A model generated the notes under the pieces. It worked only from the letters and a program-made list of their open reading frames with translations. It was not told the origin of the DNA and did not search any database. The translations under genes and the position numbers were made by a program. This document shows positions 9,263-19,832 of a stretch of 64,000 nt of DNA, piece by piece (the first letter of the stretch is position 1; each line of letters opens with the position of its first letter). Origin of the DNA: Methanocaldococcus indicus (lineage in GTDB: Archaea; AGJL01; Methanococci; Methanococcales; Methanocaldococcaceae); the NCBI RefSeq assembly GCF_049554935.1, contig NZ_CP186926.1, forward strand, positions 160,001 to 224,000. The letters run 5' to 3'.

Positions 9263-10327
9263 TTATTTGTTTATATTTAACTTAAGATTTGCAATATTTA
9301 CTATAACTTCTTTAAGCTTTTTATCTTCAATCTTTTCAGGAATAACATCAAAATCAATAATGTTCTCATAATCTTTTTCTTTTATTTTTGTATTTGTAAT
9401 TAAGCTTTCCATTTCTTCAAATTCTTTCAACATTCTCTTTAATCTTCTAAGTTCAATTTCTAATTTTATTAGTTTATCTTCATCTACCTTTTCATCTGCA
9501 AGCATTTGTAAATAATTGATAATTAACATATGTTCTCTAAATGTTAGTTTAGTTACTTTTCTTGTTGATTCAACATCTATTCCCTTAGCTATTTTCAATA
9601 ATTTTAATATAGCTTTTTCAGAGAGATATCCTAAAAAGTGATATTGATACAATACATCCTCTAAGTTTTCTTTACCTATAAGTGAAATTAAAACTTCTAA
9701 AAATTTCATAACCAAAAGAAACTTCTCTGGTGTTAGAGGGATATCTTCAATTTTATACCTTTTGTCTTTATTTTCAGTTTCAGTTATAGTAATATTCCCA
9801 TTTTTATTTATATTAACTTCTTCAAGATTTTCAATAACTCCTTCTCTAATTCCTGCTGGTGGTCTATTTGGTTTATTAAATTTTATTCTTTTTCTTTGTT
9901 TATTATCAATTATGTAAATTGGTCTATAATAGACAGTCTTTATTTTTTCAATTTTTGCCATTCTATGTTGAACAGTATCAGATGTTAATAATACAGAGTT
10001 TGTTTTTTTGGCTATTTCTCTAATCATTGCATCAAGTTCTCCACTCTCAGCCAAAGAAATTTTTTCTAAACTTGGCCTCTCTCCAACAAATACAACCTTA
10101 ATGTTGAGAATTTTTTCTGCTTTTCTTAATAATTCTAAAACATCTAACCCTATAAAACCTTCCATTCTTTTTTTATTAGCCATATTTTCAATTTCAGCCA
10201 ATACAACATTTGGTATATAAACTGTACAATTTCTTATCTTCCCAGTTTTAATTAATTCTTCTAAAACTCCATTAATTATTACTGAAGTATCTACACATAC
10301 ATCAATTCCATCAAACCCATCAAACAT
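9263..10327 (-). CDS. PIN-domain protein fused to a C-terminal FlaD/FlaE (ArlD/E)-like domain
   Basis: N-terminal VDTS...LAEIE...ELDAMI...LLTSD PIN signature. C-terminal EDIP..PE...MKFLE.LI...G...L.DVL..Y..LGYLSE...KLT.REH resembles the archaeal FlaD/E domain. GGGGA SD before ATG 10327. Confidence 0.7.
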   Translation of the reverse strand: MFDGFDGIDVCVDTSVIINGVLEELIKTGKIRNCTVYIPNVVLAEIENMANKKRMEGFIGLDVLELLRKAEKILNIKVVFVGERPSLEKISLAESGELDAMIREIAKKTNSVLLTSDTVQHRMAKIEKIKTVYYRPIYIIDNKQRKRIKFNKPNRPPAGIREGVIENLEEVNINKNGNITITETENKDKRYKIEDIPLTPEKFLLVMKFLEVLISLIGKENLEDVLYQYHFLGYLSEKAILKLLKIAKGIDVESTRKVTKLTFREHMLIINYLQMLADEKVDEDKLIKLEIELRRLKRMLKEFEEMESLITNTKIKEKDYENIIDFDVIPEKIEDKKLKEVIVNIANLKLNINK

Positions 10328-10411
10328 ACAAATCCCCCAAACACTTTTAATAAGATAATTATAAAAATAATTTTTAAAATTGTAGTATATAAATGTTGAT
10401 GGTCGTGAATT

Positions 10412-11702
10412 ATGCACTTTATAAAGCTAAAAAGAAGAGAAGAAAATATTAAAAATCTAAAAGAAAAGAGTAAAAAATTTAGGTTAAAATTTAGGGATAA
10501 AGAACTTAAAAATTATTTAAAAGAATATCCTTTAAATCTAAATAGATATTTAACCAACTACTACACAGGAGGAATTATAAAAAAATATCCTGAGGATTTT
10601 ATTGTTGAGGAGGTAACTCCTGAAAAGATAATTTTAGAGGTTGGAAAGAATATAGAGTTTAAAGATGTTGAGAATTGGAAAGGTAACTTTATTCACTTCA
10701 CATTAGAAAAAAAGAACTGGACTACCTTAGATGCTATTAGAGAAATAGCCAAAAAAGTTGGTGTAAAAAGGAAGCATTTTGGATTTGCTGGGAATAAGGA
10801 TAAAGTAGCTATAACCACACAAAGAGTTGGTTGTTTTAATGTTCCTCTTGATAAATTAAAAAATGTTAGAATAAAGAATATTGTATTAAGAGATTTCCAA
10901 AAAGTTAATAAAAAAATAAAACTTGGAGATTTGTGGGGAAACAGATTCACTATAAGAGTTAGAGAACCAAAAATTTTGGGAGAAGAACTAAAAAATATCT
11001 TAGAAGATGCTAAAAATAACTATACTCACTACATAAATTACTATGGAATACAGAGGTTTGGTGAAAAAAGGCCTATAACTCATATAGTAGGTAGATTAAT
11101 CTTAGAGAGAAATTGGGAATTAGCTTTCTATCTATATTGTGGAACTCCTCTAAGCTATGATGATGAAAAAAACAAAATTAGCAAGAAAATTAGTAGATGA
11201 GGAGGAATTTAAAGAAGCATTAAAAATTTATCCAAGGGTTTTTTTATATGAAAGAAGGATGATACAGGCCTATTTAGAGAGTGGAGATTATAAAAAAGCT
11301 TTTAAAATTTTACCACCTTATTTAAGATGTATGTTTGTAAATGCATATCAATCATATCTTTTCAATGAAATTATTAATAAGAGATATGAATATGGATTTA
11401 ACAAGTTAGAGGGAGATATAGTATATAAATATCCTACTGGTGCTGTTTTTGGTTATAAAGTTAAGTTTGCCTCAGGAATTCAGGGAGAGATAGAGAAAGA
11501 AATATGGGAAAGTGAAAATTTAGAAAGAGAAAAATTTAAAATTGAAGATTTTGGAAGTTTTCAGGGAGATAGAAGGGAGATGATACAAAAAATTTATAAT
11601 TTTGATTATATATTATACAATAATAGTTATGTAGTAAAATTCTGTCTAAGAAAGGGATGCTATGCTACAACTGTACTAAGAGAATTTTTAAATGAGAGGT
11701 GA
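10412..11702 (+). pseudogene. truD: tRNA pseudouridine(13) synthase interrupted by a one-base frameshift (or a sequencing error)
   Basis: PEDFIVEE, FAGNKDK, GNRF, NYYGIQRFG in ORF 10412-11200; AYQSYLFN, LRKGCYAT in ORF 11157-11702. Removing one A from A7 (11166-11172) joins them as YDDEKTKLARKL. Confidence 0.85.
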
Positions 11703-11709
11703 ATTTAAC

Positions 11710-12564
11710 ATGTGGGTTCAACTAAAAACCTATATCTTATTAGGATTTTTGATAGGATTATTATATGCTATATTCCTTATCTTACATATACATCCACTAT
11801 TTGCTATAATCTTAGCAGCTATTCCAAATATTATAGCTTATTATTACTCAGATAAATTTGTTCTTATGTCTTATAATGCCAAAATTTTAGAGAGACATGA
11901 ATTACCTTGGTTACATGCTATGGTAGAAAGAGTAGCAAGAAAAGCTGGAATTCCAAAACCAAAAGTTGCATTAGTTCCTATACAAACACCTAATGCATTT
12001 GCAACAGGGAGAAATCCTGAGAATGCTGTTGTAGCAGTTACAGAGGGAATTTTAGAATTGCTATCTCCAGAGGAGTTAGAGGGAGTTATTGGTCATGAGA
12101 TTGGACATATTGTCCATAGAGATATATTGATTGCCACAATAGTTGCAACAATAGCAGGAGCTATAACTTATATAGCAGATTGGTTTATTTGGTTTGGAGG
12201 CTTCTTCTTTTCACATGAAGATGAAAATAATCCATTTGAAATGTTAGCAGGAATCTTGTTGATAATTTTAGCACCAATAGCAGCAATGTTAATACAGTTT
12301 GCAATATCAAGACAGAGAGAATTTTATGCAGATGAAGAAGGGGCTAAACTTACACATCCTATATGGTTAGCTAATGCCTTAGCAAAGTTAGAGAAAGGTG
12401 TCCAATACTATCCATTAGAACATGGAAATCCTGCAACTGCTCATCTGTTTATAGTAAATCCATTTAGAAGTGATTTTATAGCTAAACTCTTCTCTACACA
12501 TCCTCCAACAGAGGAAAGAATTAAAAGGTTAATGGAATTAGCCAAAAAAATGAAAAGATATTAA
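11710..12564 (+). CDS. htpX: Membrane zinc protease HtpX (M48)
   Basis: PNAFATG, HEIGH, SRQREFYAD, FSTHPP; several transmembrane segments. Confidence 0.95.
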   Translation: MWVQLKTYILLGFLIGLLYAIFLILHIHPLFAIILAAIPNIIAYYYSDKFVLMSYNAKILERHELPWLHAMVERVARKAGIPKPKVALVPIQTPNAFATGRNPENAVVAVTEGILELLSPEELEGVIGHEIGHIVHRDILIATIVATIAGAITYIADWFIWFGGFFFSHEDENNPFEMLAGILLIILAPIAAMLIQFAISRQREFYADEEGAKLTHPIWLANALAKLEKGVQYYPLEHGNPATAHLFIVNPFRSDFIAKLFSTHPPTEERIKRLMELAKKMKRY

Positions 12565-12565
12565 A

Positions 12566-12751
12566 TTACTTTACCTTTTTAAAGAAAATGTCAATATTTG
12601 CTGTTTCATGTGTTTTATGCTGTAAAGATATGTTTAATAATCTTTTGTATATTTTACATTCTTTGTGGTAGCAGTATATTTTAAAACTTAAATATGATGT
12701 TAATACTAAAGATACTATTGTGCATATTACCAATAACATTAGCCACATCAT
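12566..12751 (-). CDS. Small single-pass membrane protein of unknown function
   Basis: Hydrophobic N-terminal helix; AGGTGA SD upstream. Confidence 0.5.
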   Translation of the reverse strand: MMWLMLLVICTIVSLVLTSYLSFKIYCYHKECKIYKRLLNISLQHKTHETANIDIFFKKVK

Positions 12752-12851
12752 ACATAATCACCTACATAATTAAATTAACTATTAAGTAAATTATATAAAG
12801 TTATCTTTTAATTTACAAATGTAAAGTAGTTTTGTATTGGGTGTCTTTTGT

Positions 12852-13577
12852 ATGTATTCTATAAAGATGAGAGCATCTAAACAAAATAAGCATATTTCAG
12901 GAGCTGAAAGGATAGTTAATAAAGATGAAATTAAAAAAGCTGTTTTAGAAGTTTTGGAGAGAGCTTTAAATCATGAGAATGGAGAACCTGATTTTATAAA
13001 TATTAAAGTGGAAAAATTAGATAGAGTTAATTTTATTCCTACTTTACCAATATACACAATAGAATGTAAAAATAAAGAAGAGGCAAGAAAGAAAGCAAAA
13101 GAATTACTCCTAAATGAGGGAATTCCAGAGGAAGTTATTGAAAAAGCTTTTAAAATTATAGATAAAGGAGGAATGAGGGGAGCAGCTATCTTAAATTTAA
13201 AGGGAGAAAGATTAGATAAAAATAAAGAGAGAGGTGTTAGAGTTAAAAATATAGACACATCTAAAAAATTAAAGGAAAAAATATTAGATGGTTTAGGAAC
13301 AGAGAGAACTGTTGATGCAATAGCAATAGCTACAAAAGTTATACATTTAGGAGTTATAGCAGAGTTATGCACATCAGATAATAAGAGTTACACAACTGGA
13401 TATGTAGCAACTAAAAAAGGATATTTTAGAATAACTAACTTAAAAAATGTCAATGAAACTGGAGGAAGGGTATTTTTTGTAGATGATAATATTGATATTG
13501 ATGAACTTATATATAAGTTGGAGAATGAGCCATATATTGTGACTGAACATGATAGAGAGAATAAAAAAAGAGCTTGA
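12852..13577 (+). CDS. bioW: 6-carboxyhexanoate--CoA ligase (pimeloyl-CoA synthetase)
   Basis: [30 protein letters not shown]...YTTGY, GGRVFF. Confidence 0.93.
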   Translation: MYSIKMRASKQNKHISGAERIVNKDEIKKAVLEVLERALNHENGEPDFINIKVEKLDRVNFIPTLPIYTIECKNKEEARKKAKELLLNEGIPEEVIEKAFKIIDKGGMRGAAILNLKGERLDKNKERGVRVKNIDTSKKLKEKILDGLGTERTVDAIAIATKVIHLGVIAELCTSDNKSYTTGYVATKKGYFRITNLKNVNETGGRVFFVDDNIDIDELIYKLENEPYIVTEHDRENKKRA

Positions 13578-14661
13578 AGAAATAAAAAAACTTGGTTTAT
13601 ATAGAAAGTTATTAAAGAAGAAAGGTTTAGATTTTTCTTCAAATGATTATTTATGCCTATCAAAACATCCTGAAATTATACAGGCAGTGAAAGAAGGTTT
13701 AAAATATGGTTTTGGTGCAAGTGGTTCAAGATTAACATCAGGAAATATAAACCATGAAATATTAGAGGAGAGATTAGCAGAATTTAAAGAAACTGAAAGA
13801 GCTCTAACTTTTCCTACTGGTTATCAGACTAATGTTGGAGTTATATCTACACTATGTAAAAAAGGAGATTTAATTTTAAGTGATGAGTTGAATCATGCCT
13901 CTATAATTGATGGTTGTAGATTATCTAAGGCAGATAGAATTATTTATAAACATCTAAATTATGAGGAAGTAGAAAATATCTTAGAAAGAGAATACAAAAA
14001 TTATGAAGATATATTTATTATTACTGATACTGTCTTTAGTATGGATGGGGATTTAGCAGATTTGAAAAGATTAAAGAAGATAGCTGATGAATACTCAGCT
14101 ATTTTGATTGTTGATGATGCTCATGGCACTGGAACTGTGCATAAAAAGGGGGCTCTAAAATATTTTAATGTAAAAGGAGACAACATTATCCAAATTGGAA
14201 CTCTCTCCAAAGCTTTTGGTGGTTTAGGAGGATTTGTTTGTTCTACTGATGAAGTTATTGAATATTTAATAAACAGATGTAGAAGTTTTATATATACAAC
14301 CGCTCTCCCTCCATGTATTGTTGAAGGTTGTTTAAAAGCTTTGGAAATTATTGATAAAGGGAAATTAACTAAAAAACTTCAAAAAAATATTAATTTGGCA
14401 AATAAAATTTTTAAAGATTTTATTTTAGAGGAAAAAGTAACTCCAATATATCCATTTATTTTTAAAGACAAAACTATGGAGATAGCCAATTATCTACAAA
14501 AGAACAATATATTTTGTGTTGCAATAAGATATCCAACAGTCCCAAAAGGTTTAGAAAGGATAAGAGTTAGTATAAATGTTAATCATAAAAAAGATGATTT
14601 AAAACTTCTATGTGAAAAAATCAAAGAAAAATTATATATTGAACATGAGAAAATTAGTTAA
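13549..14661 (+). CDS. bioF: 8-amino-7-oxononanoate synthase
   Basis: [32 protein letters not shown] (PLP lysine); coupled to bioW. Confidence 0.92.
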   Translation: MIERIKKELEEIKKLGLYRKLLKKKGLDFSSNDYLCLSKHPEIIQAVKEGLKYGFGASGSRLTSGNINHEILEERLAEFKETERALTFPTGYQTNVGVISTLCKKGDLILSDELNHASIIDGCRLSKADRIIYKHLNYEEVENILEREYKNYEDIFIITDTVFSMDGDLADLKRLKKIADEYSAILIVDDAHGTGTVHKKGALKYFNVKGDNIIQIGTLSKAFGGLGGFVCSTDEVIEYLINRCRSFIYTTALPPCIVEGCLKALEIIDKGKLTKKLQKNINLANKIFKDFILEEKVTPIYPFIFKDKTMEIANYLQKNNIFCVAIRYPTVPKGLERIRVSINVNHKKDDLKLLCEKIKEKLYIEHEKIS

Positions 14662-14686
14662 TAAATAAAATCATTATGGTGTTGTT

Positions 14687-15238
14687 ATGGCAGATATATA
14701 TGTTGATTGTGAAGATAAATATGCAAAAGAAATATATACAAAAGTTATTCAAACAGCATTAGAAGATTTAATTTTAGGTAAATCTTTAATAAGAGTTGAG
14801 TTTATAGCAAGGGAGAAAGAACCTTATTTTATTTTAGGAGTTCTTCCAAAACCAACAAGAAAAATAATCAAACTAAGAGATATGGCTGAAATTGTTGAAG
14901 AGAAAAAAGTTGATGGAAAAAGAATTTATAAATTAAAGATAACTGATGAAACATACCTTCCCTACCTTTTAAAGAAGATTCATGTTATTGAACAACCATC
15001 AAGATTTGAGATAATAACTGATTCAGATATAGATTTAGATATGGATGTTTATGATACAAGTAAAGATTTTATTGATAGAGTTTTAGATTTTATGTATAGA
15101 GTATTTCCAGAAGGTATGAGAATTAAAAAAAGCTTTATAGATAAGGCAATTGTTTTAATAGCGTCTGAAAGACCTTTAAAACCTGAAGAAATTGAAAAAG
15201 CTGAAAAATTAAAAGAAAAATTAGAAAATTTAAAGTGA
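14687..15238 (+). CDS. Methanogenesis marker protein 17
   Basis: ITDETYLP, QPSRFEI, RVFPEG segments typical of Mmp17. Confidence 0.75.
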   Translation: MADIYVDCEDKYAKEIYTKVIQTALEDLILGKSLIRVEFIAREKEPYFILGVLPKPTRKIIKLRDMAEIVEEKKVDGKRIYKLKITDETYLPYLLKKIHVIEQPSRFEIITDSDIDLDMDVYDTSKDFIDRVLDFMYRVFPEGMRIKKSFIDKAIVLIASERPLKPEEIEKAEKLKEKLENLK

Positions 15239-15242
15239 AACT

Positions 15243-16346
15243 ATGAATATTGGTGTAATTGGAGGAGGGCAACTTGGGAAGATGCTTGGATTAAAAGCAA
15301 GAAAATTTAGCTTTGATATAAAAGTTTTAGACCCAAATCCAAAATGTCCTGCTTCTCAAGTTGCTGAAGTTGTTGTGGGGGATTTATATGATGAGAAAAA
15401 AATAAAAGAATTAGTTGAGTGGTGTGATATCACAACTTTTGAGATAGAAAAAACAAATACCACTATTTTAAAAGAACTTTATGATGATGGGTATAAAATA
15501 TATCCTTCTCCTTATGTTTTAGAAATAATTCAAGATAAATATATCCAAAAAGAGTTTTTAAAAAAACATAATATTCCTGTCCCAAAATATAAAAAAATTG
15601 ATTCTCTGGATGAGATAAAGGAGTTTCCTGTTGTTCTAAAAGCAAGAAAAGGAGGTTATGATGGAAGAGGTGTTTTAATATTAAAAAGTGAAGAAGATTT
15701 AAAAAATGCTTTTAATACTCCATCATATATTGAAGAATTGGTTGATATAAAAATGGAATTGGCTATTATGGTTGCAAGAAACTTAGATGGAGATATCAAG
15801 TGTCATCCTGTTGTGGAGATGGCTTTTGATGAGAGAGCCAATATTTGTGATACTGTTATAGCTCCTGGGAGGATTCCTGATGATGTAAAAGAAGAAGCTA
15901 AGAAAATTGCTATAAAAATTGTTGAAGCTTTTAATACAGCCGGAATATTTGGAATAGAAATGTTTTTAACAAGAGACAATAAAATTTTAGTAAATGAAAT
16001 AGCTCCAAGAGTTCATAACTCAGGACATTACACAATAGAGAGCTGTATAACTTGCCAGTTTGAGCAACATTTAAGAGCTATCTGTAATTTTCCTTTAGGA
16101 GATACTACTCAAACTATTCCAGCAGTTATGGTTAATATCTTAGGTGAAGGTGAAGGAAAACCTAAAATTTATGGTTTAAATGAAGCTTTATCAATTCCAG
16201 GAGTTTCTGTTCATATATATGGAAAAGATTATGTTAAACCATTTAGAAAAATGGGGCATATAACTGTTGTAGATAAAGATATTAATAAAGCAATAGAAAA
16301 AGCCAATAAAGTTAAGTATATCCTAAAAATAAGGGGGGAAGAATGA
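15243..16346 (+). CDS. purK: N5-carboxyaminoimidazole ribonucleotide synthase
   Basis: [35 protein letters not shown]...RKMGH. Confidence 0.93.
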   Translation: MNIGVIGGGQLGKMLGLKARKFSFDIKVLDPNPKCPASQVAEVVVGDLYDEKKIKELVEWCDITTFEIEKTNTTILKELYDDGYKIYPSPYVLEIIQDKYIQKEFLKKHNIPVPKYKKIDSLDEIKEFPVVLKARKGGYDGRGVLILKSEEDLKNAFNTPSYIEELVDIKMELAIMVARNLDGDIKCHPVVEMAFDERANICDTVIAPGRIPDDVKEEAKKIAIKIVEAFNTAGIFGIEMFLTRDNKILVNEIAPRVHNSGHYTIESCITCQFEQHLRAICNFPLGDTTQTIPAVMVNILGEGEGKPKIYGLNEALSIPGVSVHIYGKDYVKPFRKMGHITVVDKDINKAIEKANKVKYILKIRGEE

Positions 16347-16855
16347 AAGTAGGTATTATAATGGGCTCAGACTCTGATTTACCTGTTATGAAAGATGCTG
16401 CTGAAATGTTGGAGAAGTTTAATATTCCTTATGAGATAACTATTGTCTCAGCACACAGAACTCCTGATAGAATGTATGAATATGCTAAAACAGCTGAAAA
16501 GAGAGGGATAGAAGTTATTATAGCAGGAGCTGGTGGGGCTGCACATCTTCCTGGAATGGTTGCATCAATAACACATCTACCAGTTATTGGTGTTCCTATA
16601 AAGAGTAAAGCTTTAAAAGGTTTAGATTCCCTCCTATCAATTGTCCAAATGCCTCCAGGTGTGCCAGTTGCTACTGTGGCAATAAATAATGCTAAAAATG
16701 CAGCTATCTTAGCAGCTGAGATTTTGGCTATTAAATATCCAGAAGTTAGAGAAAAAGTTATAAGATATAAAGAGGAACTAAAAAATATGGTTGAAGAAAA
16801 AGCTAAAAAATTAGAAGATATTGGATATAAAGAATATCTTAAAAGTATGAAATAA
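16343..16855 (+). CDS. purE: N5-CAIR mutase
   Basis: [33 protein letters not shown]. Confidence 0.96.
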   Translation: MKVGIIMGSDSDLPVMKDAAEMLEKFNIPYEITIVSAHRTPDRMYEYAKTAEKRGIEVIIAGAGGAAHLPGMVASITHLPVIGVPIKSKALKGLDSLLSIVQMPPGVPVATVAINNAKNAAILAAEILAIKYPEVREKVIRYKEELKNMVEEKAKKLEDIGYKEYLKSMK

Positions 16856-16864
16856 GGTGGAAAA

Positions 16865-17284
16865 ATGGTAAATTTAGGTTTTGTTATAGCTGAGTTCAAT
16901 AGAGATATAACATATATGATGGAAAAGGTAGCTGATGAGCATGCTGAATTTTTAGGAGCAAAAGTAAAATATAAAATATTAGTTCCTGGTGTGTTTGATA
17001 TTCCTTTAGCTGTTAAAAAGCTTTTAGAGAAGGATGATGTTGATGCAGTTGTAGCTATTGGATGTGTTATTGAAGGAGAGACAGAGCATGATGAAATAGT
17101 TGTCCATAATGCAGCAAGAAAAATAGCTGATTTATCTGTTCAATACAACAAACCAGTAACATTAGGAATATCTGGCCCAGGAATGACAAGATTACAAGCA
17201 CATCAAAGAGTAGATTATGGTAAAAGAGCAGTTGAAGCAGCTGTTAAAATGGTTAAGAGATTGAAGGAGTTGGATAAAAAATGA
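16865..17284 (+). CDS. ribH: 6,7-dimethyl-8-ribityllumazine synthase
   Basis: [28 protein letters not shown]. Confidence 0.93.
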   Translation: MVNLGFVIAEFNRDITYMMEKVADEHAEFLGAKVKYKILVPGVFDIPLAVKKLLEKDDVDAVVAIGCVIEGETEHDEIVVHNAARKIADLSVQYNKPVTLGISGPGMTRLQAHQRVDYGKRAVEAAVKMVKRLKELDKK

Positions 17285-17568
17285 TTTTAGAAGAAGTTTA
17301 TAATACAATAAAACAAAGAATTAAAGAGAAACCAGAAGGTTCTTATGTTGCTAAATTAACAACTGATGATAGTAAATTAGCTATAAACAAGATATGTGAA
17401 AAGATAGGGGAAGAGGCAACTGAGTTGATATTAGCTGGAAAGGACAACAAAAAAGAAGAAATTATTTATGAATCAGCAGATTTAATATTCCATATAATGG
17501 TGTTATTAGCTTATAGAGGAATAGAACTTGAAGAGATTTTTAAAGAGTTTGAAAGAAGAAAAAAATAA
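17281..17568 (+). CDS. hisE: Phosphoribosyl-ATP pyrophosphatase
   Basis: [26 protein letters not shown]. Confidence 0.93.
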   Translation: MILEEVYNTIKQRIKEKPEGSYVAKLTTDDSKLAINKICEKIGEEATELILAGKDNKKEEIIYESADLIFHIMVLLAYRGIELEEIFKEFERRKK

Positions 17569-17602
17569 ATAATTTTTAAATATCTTTTTTTTGGGGAAGA
17601 TA

Positions 17603-18151
17603 ATGATAAATCCAGAAAAATTAAAAGTTGGAGATGTTATATATTTAAATGGAACTATATATACTGCAAGAGATAAGGCACATCTAAAAATTATAAATAT
17701 GCTAAAAAATGGAGAAGAACTACCATTTAATTTAAAAAATAAAATTATTTATCATGCTGGACCAATAATGAAGAAAGTTAATGATGAGTGGAGATGTGTG
17801 TCAATAGGTCCAACAACATCAGCAAGAATGAACGATGTTGAGGAGGAGTTTATAAAATTAACTGGAATCTCTGGAATTGTTGGTAAAGGTGGAATGAAAA
17901 ATGAACTTTTAGATACATTTAAAAAATATAAAGTAGTTTATTTAGCTGCTCCTGGTGGATGTGCTGTATTATTAGCCAAATGTGTAAAAAAAGTTGAAGA
18001 TGTTTATTTTTTAGAATTAGGGATGCCAGAGGCCGTATGGAAGTTAAGAGTAAAAAACTTTGGACCATTAATTGTTAGTATGGATAGCTATGGAAAAAGT
18101 ATATATAAAGAAGTTGAAGAGAAAGTTAAAGAAAAACTATCTACTCTTTGA
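17603..18151 (+). CDS. Fe-S hydro-lyase (class I fumarate hydratase / tartrate dehydratase) beta subunit
   Basis: TARDKAH, YHAGP, GPTTSARM, GKGG, GMPEA, FGPL. Confidence 0.88.
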   Translation: MINPEKLKVGDVIYLNGTIYTARDKAHLKIINMLKNGEELPFNLKNKIIYHAGPIMKKVNDEWRCVSIGPTTSARMNDVEEEFIKLTGISGIVGKGGMKNELLDTFKKYKVVYLAAPGGCAVLLAKCVKKVEDVYFLELGMPEAVWKLRVKNFGPLIVSMDSYGKSIYKEVEEKVKEKLSTL

Positions 18152-18407
18152 GTTTATCATGATAGGATGCATAGGCAATAGCATGAGCCATAAATGGAGC
18201 TAATATTAAATATACAACAGCTAACAATATTTTTCCTAATGCTAAGAAAATTATAAAACATGCACAGTCAATAACACCAACTATGTGGATTCTTGCATAT
18301 ACAATATTCTTTTTATCTTTCTCAACCCATAACCTATAACTTGCAAATAATACACCAAGAGAAGCAAGAAATATTAAAAGATATCTAATAATTTCAATAT
18401 ATTCCAT
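18141..18407 (-). CDS. MnhG-like small membrane subunit, probably of energy-converting hydrogenase Ehb
   Basis: Three hydrophobic helices; YARIH and APFMAHAIA motifs. Confidence 0.65.
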   Translation of the reverse strand: MEYIEIIRYLLIFLASLGVLFASYRLWVEKDKKNIVYARIHIVGVIDCACFIIFLALGKILLAVVYLILAPFMAHAIAYASYHDKLKE

Positions 18408-18416
18408 TTTATCTAC

Positions 18417-19235
18417 CTATAACAATGGTTTAGGTTGATTTTCACTTAGGACTGGTAGTTTTTCTAAGGTTATTAATACATTATCTAAATCTTTTACTCT
18501 CTCTAATATTATATTTTTTCCAAAATCAGTTAAAGCAAATATAGGAATTGTCTTTCCAATTTGTAGCTTTGGTTTAACTTCTCTTGTTTTTTTAGATGCA
18601 CATGCTGTTATAATATCAAAATGTTCAATTTTATCAATATTTATTAGATGAACTCCAAAAGTAAGAATTTTTATATCTCCATTTTCTAAACTTTTAATTT
18701 TTTTAGCATCTTTTGAATTTGTTACAGTTACTGCTATCCTTTTATATCCTAATTCTATAGCCTTTTTTACTCCCTCAAACTGATTAATCTCTGCTGTATC
18801 TTTGTTTAATACATAACCTCCATGTTTTTCTATTCTCTCTATAACCTCTTTTATAGGATATGTTTTTATAATTCCTGATATCCTACCACAAAGTCCTTGA
18901 ACTAAATAAGGATTAGATGTTATAACTGTTCCAGCACAGTCTGCAACAACAACTGCACAATCTAATGCCTTATGTTTTAAAGCACTCATCAATATTTCAG
19001 AAGCTCCAAAAGGAACAATATATTTATCTTCAATTACTTTTCTATTTTTAGTAAATAATCCAAACTCCTTAATTCTGAATTCTATATTCTCCCTAATTTT
19101 ATCTTTATCAATCTTTTTTATTCCTCTATGCTTATCATATATTGGACAATATTCTAATTTTGTATCTTCAACCTTAACAACCTTTCCATCTTTAATATAT
19201 ACTCTTGCTCCCAATGCTTCCATAATATGATACAT
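18417..19235 (-). CDS. Methanogenesis marker protein 8 (DUF2099)
   Basis: HIMEALG, YCP, FGASEI, DCAGTV, QGLCGRISG, CASK. Confidence 0.85.
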   Translation of the reverse strand: MYHIMEALGARVYIKDGKVVKVEDTKLEYCPIYDKHRGIKKIDKDKIRENIEFRIKEFGLFTKNRKVIEDKYIVPFGASEILMSALKHKALDCAVVVADCAGTVITSNPYLVQGLCGRISGIIKTYPIKEVIERIEKHGGYVLNKDTAEINQFEGVKKAIELGYKRIAVTVTNSKDAKKIKSLENGDIKILTFGVHLINIDKIEHFDIITACASKKTREVKPKLQIGKTIPIFALTDFGKNIILERVKDLDNVLITLEKLPVLSENQPKPLL

Positions 19236-19250
19236 AAAAACACCAAAGAT

Positions 19251-19643
19251 TTAGAATCTACATTTACCAAATTCTAAGACAGCAAGATATTTTAAAATTA
19301 ATGTTATAAATATAACTACTGATGCTCCTGCAAATATATAACTTAATTGTTGTGAAGACACTGCAAAATATATTAAAAAGAGAGTTATATAACTTGCAAT
19401 TATTGCATACAAAAATCTCTCTAATTCATACATATAGACAGTTAATAATGAGAAAGTTGTTATTTTTTCAATAATCTTTAATAAATTGCTTCTCAACATT
19501 ATCATATTTTCTAAGTATTTTGTATCTTCTCCTGCTCTTAATTTTTTACAGAATTTGATAACTAATAGATAGCCTCTTATAATTGGCCAAGACAACATCA
19601 AATAAAAGAAAAAACTAACTAAAAATATTAAAATATCTTGCAA
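19251..19643 (-). CDS. Hypothetical integral membrane protein
   Basis: Three to four hydrophobic segments; TTG start after GGTGA. Confidence 0.6.
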   Translation of the reverse strand: MQDILIFLVSFFFYLMLSWPIIRGYLLVIKFCKKLRAGEDTKYLENMIMLRSNLLKIIEKITTFSLLTVYMYELERFLYAIIASYITLFLIYFAVSSQQLSYIFAGASVVIFITLILKYLAVLEFGKCRF

Positions 19644-19832
19644 AATATCACCATATATTTTTTTATTTAAACTGTTTTTGAAGTTCTATATAAATGTTTT
19701 GTTAGCATTTGTTATACCAAACATAAATATATATAAAATAAACAATATAAATAATCAAAATTTTTATAAATAAGAAATACTCTAAAACATCATAATTGGA
19801 ATTGAACAAAAATATTACTATTAGGTGAAAGA

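Noticed and set aside
9263-10327. PIN gene as a VapBC toxin-antitoxin locus
   Set aside because: No small antitoxin ORF upstream (only 84 nt to the divergent truD), and the protein is much longer than VapC
10328-10417. 30-aa N-terminal extension of the PIN-FlaD/E ORF
   Set aside because: Overlaps the truD start and AT-rich promoter DNA; an SD-like GGGGA precedes ATG 10327 instead
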